Positions 13,801 through 26,545 are shown, counted from the first letter of the stretch. The stretch is 64,000 bases of DNA from Azolla caroliniana (GCA_043228905.1 JBHGNT010000014.1:19530001-19594000); one strand, 5' to 3'. Program-made: numbers and translations. The notes: generated by a model from the sequence alone, not told the origin.

Positions 13801-14470
13801 CTATATAGGCTCGAAGGACTTCTAGCTCGGTTGGTGACAAATTGTAGATCAGTCCCCATGGGGGCTCTTTTCTTGGTTGTAAATCGATGGGGCAATCATA
13901 CGGTCGATGGTGAGGAAGCGTATTGGCTTGTACATTATCGAACACATCGGCATAATGATGATACTTCTTTGGAAGTTGAACGATGGACTCATCTTTAGTG
14001 GTGTCGGAAGGTTTTACTGATATTGTGAAGAGAAACATTTCTTCCTTGAGTCCTTCTTCTTGCAACTGATGTAGCGAAATGGTTGCAATCTTATGAGTTG
14101 ATCCTCGGGCTTGTTGATACCGTATTTCTCTTGTTCTCCAATCTATGTCTGGGTTATGTAATTCGAACCATGGAAATCCTAAAACAATGGGATGTTCTCG
14201 GATACTAATTATATTAAATGATACTACACACGCTAGATCATCTAGGACAATATTTACGGGCTCTGACTCTTCTATGATAGTTCCAGAAGCAATGGGACGA
14301 CCATCAATGACTACTATAGAAGTAGGACACAGGAGTTTTCTGAGAGATATTTGATGAGCTTGGGCAAAATTCCTATCCATGAAGCAAGAATTAGCCCCAG
14401 AATCTAGAAGTGCTAAGACATGTACTAGAGGGTACTTTTAATACTAACTGTTACTTGGGCTACGAACACG
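10900..14470 (-). pseudogene. pol: Gypsy pol: protease, RT, RNase H, integrase, chromodomain
   Basis: LLDSGA, YLDD (about 13435), [10 protein letters not shown]...[32 protein letters not shown]...YLVDWLGY; stops and frameshifts. Confidence 0.93.
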
Positions 14471-14558
14471 TTGCTAACTTGCTTAGAGGGAATGGAACCA
14501 CTAATGGGTTGCACAAATCTAGGGATGTCCAACCAAACGGCTCCTATTTTGGCTAGAC

Positions 14559-14876
14559 TTAGTCGTTTAACTCTTCTTCTAACTGACTAAGGACATCAAA
14601 TTTGTTCGCTAGATTTTGGCTATTAGTACTATTAGGACTATTAGATATTCCTACTGAAATAGACTCGGGTTTAGTACAATTAGAACTAGCAACTATTTGG
14701 TTTACTTGTCTTCTTGGCCTATGGGGACAATTTACTGCAATATGCCCTGGTCCACCGCAATAAAGATATAGTCGATTTGCTTGACGTCGCTGCTTTTCTT
14801 CTTCTGATAATGGTTCGCGACGACATGTAGTGTCAATCCCCATCGGAGTCGGAGTATTAACTGGAGACACATTATA
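14559..14876 (-). pseudogene. gag: Gypsy gag C-terminus with decayed zinc knuckle
   Basis: PTPMGID...EEKQRRQANRLYLYCGGPGHIAVNC. Confidence 0.85.
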
Positions 14877-15399
14877 AACACGTTCACGTTCACAAGTGGA
14901 AGGATCACGCACAAATTGAAGGATAAGGAATATTCTGTTTGATTTTGGGGCTTTTTTTGCCATTTCACAAAACACCTTGATACTAGTACCACATGTTGCC
15001 AAAAACTTGATGAAAAAGCTAATATTTTTACCATTTGGTAAAATTGAAAAATGCAAAATTTTGGCCAAATACGAAAAGTAACTTTGTGTATTTTTAAGGA
15101 GAAATTACAACTAGTAGTATTTTAGATCCTAACGAAATCATAAGTGAAAGATTTCAAAACAATCAACTTTTCTATTTCATGCGATAAAATATTCTCTAAA
15201 TTTCTTACATATCGTTGCACAAAAAATACATTTAAGAGTTATTTGGATCACTATCATCATTCCTTTCCTGAAAAATCACTACTATAGCTAAGATACAATT
15301 GTGACTCCTCATTTTCAAATGTACTAATCAAATCATTGTCTTCACTAAATGGTGTCTCCAAATTGTGTGCACTAAATCTTGTTCACCTTCAATTTGAGA

Positions 15400-15720
15400 T
15401 ATCTTCTAGTCTTGGTAATATCTTTTTTATTATGTCTATCATTGTCGTCCTTAAACATCCAACTTTTGTCAGTGTAAAGTCATACACAATGATATCCACC
15501 TTACTAATGTCAATGATAGATGTATTACAAAAGTTTAATGCATCACCACGTCCAAAACTTTACCAATGCAGAATTGGTGCCCTAGGTGATGACCATTTAC
15601 ATGTGTAGCTATTAATATTCCCACCTTGAGTTCTTGCAAGTTTCCTTGTCACCTAAGTTATGCTTGTGTTGTCATCCTTAGTTCCACATAAATGTTTCTT
15701 TGTTGTAGATGAACCAAACT
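15400..15720 (-). pseudogene. Coding-like remnant inside the TIR element, possibly a transposase C-terminus
   Basis: Manual translation QGNLQELKVGILIA...GHQFCIGKVLDV // DIIVYDFTLTKVGCLR; homologous segment at about 58455-58730. Confidence 0.4.
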
Positions 15721-16503
15721 ATGAAGATCAACATTAAGTGCTTGAAGTGGTGATTGAGAACCATAAGAATATTTTATACACCACGTAAATGGCATTTGCA
15801 AGGTTCAATTACCATCAATACAATTCTTAATGGTTTTTTGTTAATCAATGAAGCACATGTTCACCATAAGGTGTCTTGTTGTGCAACATACTTCTTTGCA
15901 GTATCGATATGCATCTTTTTCTCTTGTAAAAACAGAGATTTTAGTACAATTCGAGTTCATATAAACCTTAAACCTCTTTTATTTGAATAAAAAGATGATT
16001 TCTAAACATGAACTCCATACATAATATCGAGTTGATGTAAAAAACAAAGTTTTGATCACAATTACATACAATGTATCAAATTCATGTTCAAAGTTTTTTT
16101 CTCGAATTTAAAAAAATAAAAAAATAAAACAATTGAGCTTGAATTGATGAAAAAACCAGTTTTTCACCATAATTCAATACAATGTATAGAGTTCATGTTT
16201 AAAGTAATTTTTTCAATTTTATTTATTTATTTATAATTTGCTTTTTGGGGAAAAAAACTTTAAACATAAATTCAATACATTCTATCAACTTGAGATGAAA
16301 ACTCTAGTCTTTTCATCACTTCAAATTTTTTTTTTAAAAACAAACAAAACGGCCCAAAATAGATAGAAAAAAAAAACATTAAACACAAACTCAATACAAT
16401 GTATCGAGTTCTTGTTGAAAAACAACGCTTTTTGACATGAACTCGATACAATGTATCGAGTTTGGGTTTAAAACATTTAAACACGAACTCGATACATTGT
16501 ATC

Positions 16504-16811
16504 TGTTAAGAATCAAGCTCAACCTAGTATAGTGTGTGAACACACCCTTGAGAGTGTGGATTCAAAGGTCAAAAGTCACCACTCTTATCCACACATTAAC
16601 TATGTGTCATAGAATCATATTCTATGACACATAACTAATGAGCTTTCACATTCCCCATGACCCATGAGCTTCGGTAGTTAATGAAGAGAGAGAGTGACTA
16701 TATAAAGCACTCTCCTCCTACTTTGTAATAGTTCGGTTAATCTCCTTTGTAATATACATTGTCTTGAGTATTCTATTCTTGTTCAAATCTATCTATCTTG
16801 TCTTTCTTTCT

Positions 16812-16890
<79 letters not shown>

Positions 16891-16941
16891 CACATATCTC
16901 TAGTCTATTCCGTTATAAAGAATCACCACCGATTCTTTACA
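16504..16941 (+). repeat. 5' LTR of Copia A, with long (CA)n tract
   Basis: TG...CA termini; matches 21376-21766. Confidence 0.95.
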
Positions 16942-17107
16942 TGGTATGAGAGCGGTTTGGTAGCTTCATCTAGCCCATCTGCGTGTGTTGAGCTCACGCT
17001 GACGTTCAAGAAGAACCGGCTCATCGCTATCGTAGTGCGACGACATAGCTCGTATTCAAGAGAGAAGAAGAAGGAAGAAATCTACATCGAACACCATGAA
17101 TACTCAA

Positions 17108-20100
17108 ATGGGGAGCGCTCTCCCTAGCGAGAAGTTGGACTGAAACAACTTTGCATTTTGGGAGTACAAGATGCACCAATACATTGTCGGCCAAGGCTAT
17201 TGGGGTTACATCAAGGGAGCACAAGAAAACCGACCCGACCCAGAAGACGCCGACTACTCAACATGGGAGCAAGCGGTGAGTCGAGTAATGTATTACTTGG
17301 CGACATGTGTTCATGACCACATGCTCGGTTACATTCGAGAAGCCAAGACGCCGAAGGAAGCATGGGAAAATCTACGAAAGATTTTCGCCGCCAACACAAC
17401 CGCGAGGAAGCTTCAACTCCGCCAAGAGTTGAACAACATCCAACAACGGGACATGTCCATAACAAGCTACACCTTGAGGATCAATGAGCTTTGTGACTCG
17501 GTCGGCTCAATAAGCGTCAATGTGGATGATGATGAGATGGTGCAAATATGCCTCGGGGGCCTTGCACCACGGTTCGGCTTGATGAGAACCGCTGTCCTGC
17601 AAGGGAGAATCCTCCCTCTTTCTTTGATCTTCAATCTATGTTATTGGTCGAAGAGAATCATGTTCGAACAAGGAGCAACGCCTCGGAAGGCCACATGCTC
17701 TAGACACATTTGAATGGAGGAAGAGGATGCGGCCGAGCAAGGGGCCGATTCGACCAAGGACGAGGTGGCGGACGAGGTCCGACTTACGACAACAACTCCC
17801 AAATTCGGCAACAAGACGGAAGCCATCGTGGAACCTTCGGAAGAAGGGGGAGCTTCCATTCCGGTTTGAGTCAACAAAACTCGATTGAATGCGGTTATTG
17901 CGGAAAAATCGGCCACCATGAAGAAGAGTGCCAGAAGAAGAAGCGTGAGTCGGCTTCCACAAGCCGACAACTCACCAATTACGCCACCAACTCCGACTAT
18001 GAAGATCATGACGGAATGTTTGTAATGAGACATAGAACAAATCTTATGTCGGCCTCTACTTCGACTAATGCCTCCAATCTGGAAGATGTATGGTTTGTCG
18101 AATCCGGTGCTTCGAACCATATGACGTCCCATCAAGAATGGTTCAAAGACCTTCGAGAGCCGGATCGACTTGGTTATGTCGAGACTGGAGACGACACCAC
18201 TCATTCGATTTGGCATGTTGACAATGTCCCATTTGAGAAAGAAGGTGAACAAACTTGCATAAAAAATGTCTTACATGTACCCACCATAACGAAGAATTTG
18301 GTCTCGGTTGGCCAAATTGTGGAGCAAGGGATGCAAGTTCGATTCAACCAAGGAGGTTGCTTCATCGAGAAGGAAGGCCGACTAATTGCTCGTGGTCGAA
18401 GGGAAGGCCGAATGTTTATCTTTGAAGCGAATGAGGTAAAATCGTCCATGTTTGCAAAGGGCCTCAAACACAACACTGACATAGAGCTATGGCATAAAAG
18501 AATCGGCCGTATCAATCTCAACAAACTCAAGGCGATGCAATCGAAAGGAGTCGTCATTGGGCTCCCGAACTTCAAAGAGAAAGAGATTGAAGGAGTATGT
18601 GAAGCATGCCAATTCGGCAAGCAACATCGACACCCGTTCCCGAAGGAGAGGAACGTAAGCAAAGGCCTATTGGATGCCACTCGGATGTGTGGGGACCGGC
18701 ACAAACGGCTACGTTCGGAGTATGTCAGTACTATGTTACCTTCATCGACGACTTCTCTAGATACACATGGATTTTTCCCATGAGGATGAAGAGAGAAGTG
18801 TTTACACACTTCCAAAAGTTCAAAAGCGAAGTCGAAAAGACAACTGGGTGTCATGTACGATGTCTTCGGTCAGACGGAGGAAAGGAATACTTGTCGAAGG
18901 AATTCGGCGAGAATTCACTTGCCGACACACACCGCAACAGAACGGTGCAGCCGAACGCAAGAATCGGCACATCCTCGAAGTAGCAAGGGCCATGCTAAAT
19001 GAGAAGCATATGCCCAAGTCATATTGGGCAGAAGCTGCAAATACCGCCGTCTACCTCATGAACCGGTGCACAACATCCGGAGTGCACGAGGTCACCCCGC
19101 ATGAGAAATATTATGGGAAGAAGCCAGATCTATCCCATGTAAGGATATTCGGCTCCATTGCATACATGCACATTCCCGATGAGAAGCGGAAGAAGCTTGA
19201 CCCAAAATTAGAGAAGTGCATCCTCGTGGGGTACTCACAGGAGCAAAAGGGGTACAAGTGCTTCAACCCCTCTACTCGGAAGACTCGTGTAAGTCAGGAT
19301 GTCGTCTTTGATGAATCAACATCATGGTACAAACCCGAGCCGACTCCTCCCGAACCATCTATGAACGACCTCGACAACACAGAAGACGATGATCAACTAA
19401 GGTCAATACTCGAAGAGAGTCCGATCTCAACTAGATTGAGCGGATCACAAGAGCCTCCGAGCAACCAAAGCCCATCTCGGCCAAGTCCAAAGATGGACAA
19501 AGGGAAGGCCAAAATGCCGGAATATGAAGATGATCACTTCGATGGCAACGAATCGACTCATTCACTCGATAGTGAGTTCGATGGCTTTGATGTGCCTCTT
19601 ATGAGGTCACCTGGAGTTGAGAAAGAACTCACATCGGCAAATGAGAAACTCCGTCACTCCACCCGAGAGAAGAATCCGGTTAGCCGATTAAGCTACAACG
19701 ATTATATGGCATACCACTATGCCTTTATGATGAAGGTGGCAACAGTTCGAGAACCGGAGAGCTTTGCTGAAGCCGCTAAAGATCCTCGATGGGTCAAAGT
19801 GATGAACGAGGAGATGCAAGCTCTCAACAAGAATGAGACATGGGATCTCGTCCCTCACTCACTGCACAAGAAGGCAATCGGTTGCAGATGGATATACAAA
19901 GTGAAGTATAATGTCGACGGTTTTGTCAACTGCCTCAAAGCTCGACTCGTAGCAAAGGGCTATGCACAAACATATGGTGTCAACTATGAAGAGACCTTTG
20001 CCCCGGTGGCAAAGATGACAACCGTGCGAACCGTGATAGCGCTTGCAGTAGCGAAAGGGTGGCACCTCCACCAGATGGATGTCAAGAATGCTTTTCTTCA

Positions 20101-21316
20101 AGGTGAATTAGAAGAGGAGGTGTACATGGTACAACCACCTGGCTTCGAATCCAACATTCATCTGAAAGCCATCTAGCGACTCAAGAAGCCTCTCTACGGC
20201 CTTAAGCAAGCACCACGTGCTTCGCACTCAAAGATAACACAATATCTTCATCGAATTGGCTTTCGAATGTCAAAATCCGACAATTCTCTCTATCTAAGAA
20301 GCGATTCCGAAAGTCCGATCGTCATCATCCTGTACGTGGATGATTTGGTCATTGGAGGTGAGCATCTAGTCGACATCAACAAGGTCAAATACCTCCTTTC
20401 CAACAAATTTGAGATGACGGACATGAAAGAGCTCCACTACTTCCTTGGCATCGAGGTAATTCGGACTCTAGTCGGTATTATGATCTCCCAACGGCACAAC
20501 ATTCTCAACTTGTTATACCAGTTCGGGATGACTGAGTGCAAGTCTGTGGCAACACCTCTCGACCAAAACCTCAAACTAGATGCCAATTTTGGCACCATAG
20601 AGTGTGAGCCGACTCAGTATCGACAACTGATCGGTAGTCTTATCTACCTCACGATCACTCGACCAGACCTGAGTTATCCGATTGGCCTTCTTAGCCAATT
20701 CATGCAAACGCCACGAGATATCCATTTGGATTGTGCTAAGAGAGTGCTATGATACGTGAGCAAAACGATGGACTATGGCATTCTCTATAAGTTGGCCACG
20801 TCAATTAAACTCGAGGGGTACACAGATGCCGATTGGGTAGGCTACAAAGCCGACCGATGATCAACCTCTAGTTTTGTTTTCTCCCTTAGAAGTGGAGCCA
20901 TCTCCTAGAGTAGCAAGAAGTAACCAACCGTCGCTCTTTCGAGCACAGAGGCCGAATACAGGGGCGCGACGGTGGTTGCATGTGAAGCCGTATGGCTCAA
21001 GAGGATATTAAAGGATCTGGGCGTTCCCATCAAAGATCCGATTCTCCTTTACTGCGACAACATGAGCAATATTTATCTGGCTCGGAATCCGGTGTTCCAT
21101 GCACGCATGAAGCATATCGAAGTGCACTATCACTTCATTCAAGAGCGTATTCAGGCTGGTGATGTTGACCTTCAACATATGTCTACGAATCTTCAGATAG
21201 CCGACATCTTCACCAAAGCCCTAGGAGCCGACAAGCTTCAACAATTCGTGTCAGACCTTGGGTTTACGGTCCTTGACTTGCCAAGCTTGAGGGGGAGTAT
21301 GAGCTGGATGTACTAG
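17108..21316 (+). pseudogene. Copia gag-pol with several stops and frameshifts
   Basis: CGYCGKIGHHEEEC, WFVESGAS, LWHKRIG...[42 protein letters not shown]. Confidence 0.93.
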
Positions 21317-21375
21317 ATACGAGCCGAAGCGGACATCAACTGAAGTAGCCGACCAAAATTGAGCTTGAGGGGGCG

Positions 21376-21766
21376 TGTTGAGAATCGAGCTCAACCTAGT
21401 TTAGTGTGTGAATACACCCTTGAGAGTGTGCACTCAAATGTCAAAAGTCACCACTCTTATCCACACATTAACTATGTGTCATAGAATCATATTCTATGAC
21501 ACATAACTAATGAGCTTTCACATTCCCCATGACCCATGAGCTTCGGTAGTTAATGAAGAGAGAGAGTGACTATATAAAGCACTCTCCTCCTACTTTGTAA
21601 TAGTTCGGTTAATCTCCTTTGTAATATACATTGTCTTGAGTATTCTATTCTTGTTCAAATCTATCTATCTTGTCTCTCTCTCTCTCTCTCTCTCATACAT
21701 GCACACACTCACAACACATATCTTTAGTCTATTCCGCTGCACAAGAATCACCACTGATTCTTTACA
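21376..21766 (+). repeat. 3' LTR of Copia A
   Basis: Direct repeat of the 5' LTR. Confidence 0.95.
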
Positions 21767-22004
21767 GTATCGAATTCATGTTGAAAAGTCAACTTTTCGA
21801 CACGAACTCGATACAATGTATCGAGTTCATGTTTAAAGGTTTTTTTTTTGGGGTTAAAAAAAAAACAATTTTGGTTTTTTTCTATTTATTTTGGGTCTTT
21901 TGAAATGATGAAAAAACCAGAGTTTTCATCACAAGTCGATACAATGTATTGAATTCATGTTAAATTTTTTTTTTCCAAAATTAAAAAAAAAGGAAGAAGT
22001 AAAA

Positions 22005-22025
22005 AAACCCTAAACCCTAAACCCT
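22005..22025. repeat. Three plant telomere-type units (AAACCCT)3
   Basis: aaaccctaaaccctaaaccct. Confidence 0.8.
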
Positions 22026-22990
22026 TAACTTCGGGAAAAAAAACTTTGAACATAAATTTGATACATTGTATGGAATTGTGATGAGAACTCTGTTTTTACA
22101 TCAACTCAATACAATGTATGGAGTTCATGTTTAGAAATCTTTTTTTTTTCAAATAAAAGATGTTTAGGGTTTACATGAACTCAAATTGTACTAAAATATC
22201 TATTTTGACAAGAGTAAAAGATGCATATCGATGTTGTAAAGAATTATGTTGCACAACAAGATACCTTATGGTGAACATGTGCTTCCTTGATTAACAAAAG
22301 ACCATTAATAATTGTGTTGATGGTAATTGAACCTTGCAAATGCCATTTACGTCACAAAATTTGTAGGGGAACTCTCAAAATGAAGAAGATGAGAGCATTG
22401 TGGATACCTTGATAAGTATGTGATATGTTCAAATCGATATATTAATGTTTACATCTAAGTTTGATAGTTTTGACAGTTTATGAATATCATCTACATTTTA
22501 GGAGTTATGGATTTATTAAAATTGTTTATGAATATTGTATACATTTCTTGAGTTGTGAATTTATGGATGTTAATGAGCACTAAATGTATAGATGATGGCA
22601 TTAAGGATTACAATGTTACCTCTTATACTTAAAACATTTTCAAGTCTAACAATAGATGTAACTTCCACTTTTGGAACCTACATCTTCTCAAGATGGTGAA
22701 ACCATTAATCTTAACTTGTGTGTTAAGTTAACCATTGTGATTTTCTTTAAGTTAACTACATTTCATATTTGCAAACCATCAACGTTTAAGCATTTATTGA
22801 AAAACTATTCAATTTTAAAATTATCATTTTGAAACTTGTTAAATCTCAAAAAATTAACAAATTTTACATGCTATTTAAAACATGTGATACTGGTGTATCA
22901 AGTTTCAGAAAATCGTCTAAAATCGCAAGATTATAAAAGGAATGTATAAGTGGAATGCACGATCCTTCCACTTTTGAACGCGAACGTGTT

Positions 22991-23808
22991 TATATGACTC
23001 CCTCGGAAAAGGTTTCGCTACCACTGAGGCGTAGGTGGGCTCAGATCTTGCCCTTGGCATCTGGAATTGCCGTTCCGAACGTCGTTCGAAAAGGCGGTTG
23101 TCGCATCTCACCGCGCGACTGATTGCTTCTGTTAATGACTTTGGTTCTTCGGGGAAGGTCAAGAGTAAATCCTTGACATCATTACGTAAACCATAATGAA
23201 ATTGCTCCATCAATGCTTGATCATCCCAAGGGATATCGGTGGTGAGTAGGTGGAAATCTGGAGCGTATGCGGAGGCTGGACGATCACCTTGGTGTAATCG
23301 TCGAATTTTGTTGATTGTTGTCCTTATGCTGTCAATATCTCCAAAACAGGCTTTAAACTCACTTATATATTCTTCAAAATTGTTTAATAATGGAGATTCC
23401 TTTTCTAACAACAGAGCGAACCATGCTAATGCTGAGCCACTAAGTAGAGTGCCTACTAGTCCCACTCGTGATGCATCGGTGGGATATCGAGAAGGATGCA
23501 TTTGAATCACTAAACGTAGCTGATTCAGAAAACCTCTAAACTGGGATCAGGTCCCATCAAATTTTGCAGGAAGACCGATCTTGGGTTCTTTGTGAATCCC
23601 TTGAGTGCTTGATCCTTGTTGTTGTAGTGATATAATAGTCGCTTCAAGTTGTTGTACACGTAATGTTAGCTCCCTGTGTTGTTGGTTTTCCAACGCTATT
23701 TGTTGAAGATCAATGGTGATTTTCTTGTTCTAGTGCTACAAATTTCTCTTTTAAGCACTGGAGCTCCGAGAAAATAGATTGGTATTCCTGAGTGCTAAAA
23801 GTTTCCAT
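22991..23808 (-). pseudogene. gag: Gypsy gag N-terminal part (Retrotrans_gag-like)
   Basis: METFSTQEY...; LLSGSALAWF...LHQGDRPASAYA...FHYGLRNDVKD. Confidence 0.88.
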
Positions 23809-23945
23809 TTTACTAGGGAGGATAAGAGGATTAGTATGAAGGGAAAAAAGGGGCAAGACGATGAGGGAAACCGGAAAGATCGGAAAAAAGGGCATATGTA
23901 AGAAAATAAAAGGAAGAGGAGGAAAGGAGGAGACGGAAGGAGGAA

Positions 23946-23957
23946 AAATCGGTTCAA
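23946..23957 (-). promoter_or_regulatory. Self-priming primer-binding site
   Basis: ttgaaccgattt 2 nt after the 5' LTR; exact complement of LTR positions 24217-24206; no TGG-type tRNA PBS present. Confidence 0.8.
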
Positions 23958-23959
23958 AC

Positions 23960-24051
23960 TGTTAGGAATAGTACTGAGATAGAGAAGAAATTAGTACTAA
24001 GAGAGGAATATTAGTACTAGGAGGAATAGAGAATGTAGAACACTCGAGAGA

Positions 24052-24125
<74 letters not shown>

Positions 24126-24435
24126 GAGGGAGAGAAAATGATGATGACATTGATATATTATGTGAGAAGAATATAGAAGGAAGGCTAGGAGGCTTAAGAC
24201 TAGTGTTGAACCGATTTGGTTTGAAAATAATGCCTTGTGCCTCCTTTTATAGTGTTCTCAGGAGTAGTCCTGAAGCTTCTAGAATGTTCTAGAGAAATCT
24301 GGAATATACATTAATTTTCTATAGTAAAAGTTAAATAAAAATAATATTTTACGTATTACAATAGATAGTGTAATGGTCAAGAGCTCGACCCATGTAACAT
24401 AAAGTCATGGGTTCGTGTCTTGCCATATCATGACA
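23960..24435 (-). repeat. 5' LTR of chromovirus (lacks about 142 bp present in the 3' LTR)
   Basis: TATAAAA 24251-24245, HSE 24271-24290, tRNA-like boxes at 24366 and 24410. Confidence 0.95.
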
Positions 24436-24440
24436 TACGT

Positions 24441-26545
24441 AACACTAACTATTCGCATTGAAGGCATCTGTCCACCTATCAACAGAGTCATCAATCCATT
24501 GCACAACACTCCACAATGATGTTCCTTCTGCTTCACATGTCGCAAGGAGGCGAGTCACTCTATCCCATACCTTTTGAGCTTGAAGGCAATGCCACATACA
24601 ATGTTTCATAGTCTCAATAAGTGAAGGGCAAAGTGGGCAAACCTAACGGGTTGCCACATTTACCTAACCATCCGCCAACGAGAGCCACATTATGACCGAT
24701 TTGCCACCTGGCCAAAAGAGCTTTTGATCTTTTTAGGCATGTGGAGACGCCAGAGACCCTTTCAAAAGGTAATGAGCACGTCATCAAGGATGCCCAATGT
24801 TCGCCAACCATTGCGTAAGCGGCAGTTGTAAAGTCCGGGCCAATTTAGTGTTGTACTCGAAGAAATGGCCAAATCGGCCATCATGTTTCCACCTGAAATC
24901 CCCTGGGTCCCATTCTAGTTCGACAAGGAGACGAAAACCATATACCCATAACTTCCAATGGGGTTCCACCTTAGCAATATCCAGGTCTGTCTTCCAGATG
25001 TTATCGACCTGCGCCACCACTCGGATTGGGTGCCAAGAGCCCCTACTCAGACTCTCCCCAAAAATTGTATCTCTTCCCGATCCACTCACACCCTTCAACA
25101 ACTTAACCATCCCAGCCTCATCAAAGAGACCGAACCATGCATCTTTTCTCATCTACCCCATCGGAACCCTATCAACTGCCTCAACTATCAATCTCCGCAT
25201 TTTCATGGCTCCCTTGAGGGGAGGGAATAGGGCCTCATGGGATCCTCTTGAAGCCACCGTGCGTCTCCAATCATCTATGGAGTGGAGCCCTGTCTGTGCT
25301 AGCTTTCCCCATGCTAGGCCATTAAGCTGCCCTAACATCATGTCTTCACTTGTTCGCACCTAAGGGTTCCAAAATAATGGTTGTCTAGACCACTCAATTA
25401 GTATCTTTGGGGTATGCTTGACTAAATGATGTCATATGCGACATCATGCCCTTGGGTGGGATTCCGCTCGTGCAACACCAATTCAAGGAGTCAGGCCAAG
25501 GCCTACCATACTTGGGAGTCCCTGCTTGCAACCTGTTGCGAAGTAGTACCTTTTAACACCCCTTACTTGGCAGGAGGCATCAAACCACCATTTTGGCTAG
25601 CAATGCTCGACTCTGCATTAAGGGGTCTATGAGGCCAAGCCCCCCTTTGGCCCGTGGTTGTGTTAACCAATGCCATGACACTCTGGCGGCATCCATCGGG
25701 TTGTCCTTACTTGACCATATAAACCCCCTGATGGCAGCCTTAATCGCGTGCAAAACTTGCAGGGTCCATAATCTAGCAGGAGACTGAGTGCCACATGGTG
25801 GCGAGCATCACTTGGTTTGCAATAAGAATCCTACCAGCGAAGGATAATTTAGATCTACTCCATTGGTTCAGCTTCTTGCTTATTTTGGCTTGCACATGGG
25901 ACAATTGCGCTCCCCATCGTAAATCCTAGGTACTTGAATGTCGTCCCATTAGGGACCCATGTAAAATTAGCATGGGGTTGCCACCTTGGTTTCTCTTGTT
26001 TGCCGAACTAGAGGCCTTGGATTTTATCCCAATTGACCTTGGCACCAACATCCTGACAAAAGTCCTCAACAAGATGTTCAACCCACTGCAAATTCTCATC
26101 ATCGCCTTGCAAGAAACGGACCATATCGTCAGCACATTCAGATAACAGAAGATCTTCAGTCACATTGGGGATGGGCAATCCCCTTAGTCCGCTGCTTAGT
26201 GCTTGTAAGTAGGTAGAGAAAGTCTCAGTTACAAATAGATAGAAATGTGAGGCTAGGGGCCAACTTTGCCTCATTGAGCGATGTAGTTGGAAGGCGGGGC
26301 CCCTAGCACTAGCTACTAGCAGGCTACTGGTAGTAGTCCGATAGAGTGCAGAAGTGCAATTCCTCCATTGTTGGGGTAGGCCCATAGCTCTCATCACACT
26401 TTCCAAAAATGGTCATAACACCTTGTCATAGGCCTTCTCAAAGTCTAACATCAGAATAGTTGAGCTAGATACGGAGCGATCTGCCAATGCCATAACTTCC
26501 TAGAGAAGCAACACATGATCAAAGATACACCTACCCTTGATAAGG
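24441..26545 (-). pseudogene. LINE ORF2 remnant (RT and C-terminal Cys/His region)
   Basis: IKGRCIFDHV, LDFEKAYDKV, MRQSWPLAS (RQGxPLS-like), CADD (YADD-like), ETMKHCMWHC near 24590; many stops. Confidence 0.85.

Larger units (their letters stand above)
16504..21766 (+). mobile_element. Ty1/Copia element A, full-length, decayed
   Basis: LTRs 16504-16941 and 21376-21766, TSD GTATC, PBS tggtatgagagc (tRNA-iMet, 1 mismatch), PPT gagggggcg. Confidence 0.95.
14877..22990. mobile_element. Non-autonomous TIR DNA transposon copy 1 (AACACG termini, 4-bp TSD TATA)
   Basis: About 30-35-bp TIR aacacgttcacgttcacaagtggaaggatc / gatccttccacttttgaacgcgaacgtgtt; removing it restores gag frame ESY-NVS; homologous to 57928-63076. 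Confidence 0.9.
10315..24435 (-). mobile_element. Ty3/Gypsy chromovirus (Tcn1/Tf1-sushi-like), full-length but decayed
   Basis: Paired LTRs, TSD TACAT/TACGT, PPT aaaggggggatag next to the 3' LTR, gag-PR-RT-RH-INT-chromodomain order. Confidence 0.93.

Noticed and set aside
22005-22025. Chromosome end or healed break
   Set aside because: Only three units, internal to a transposon
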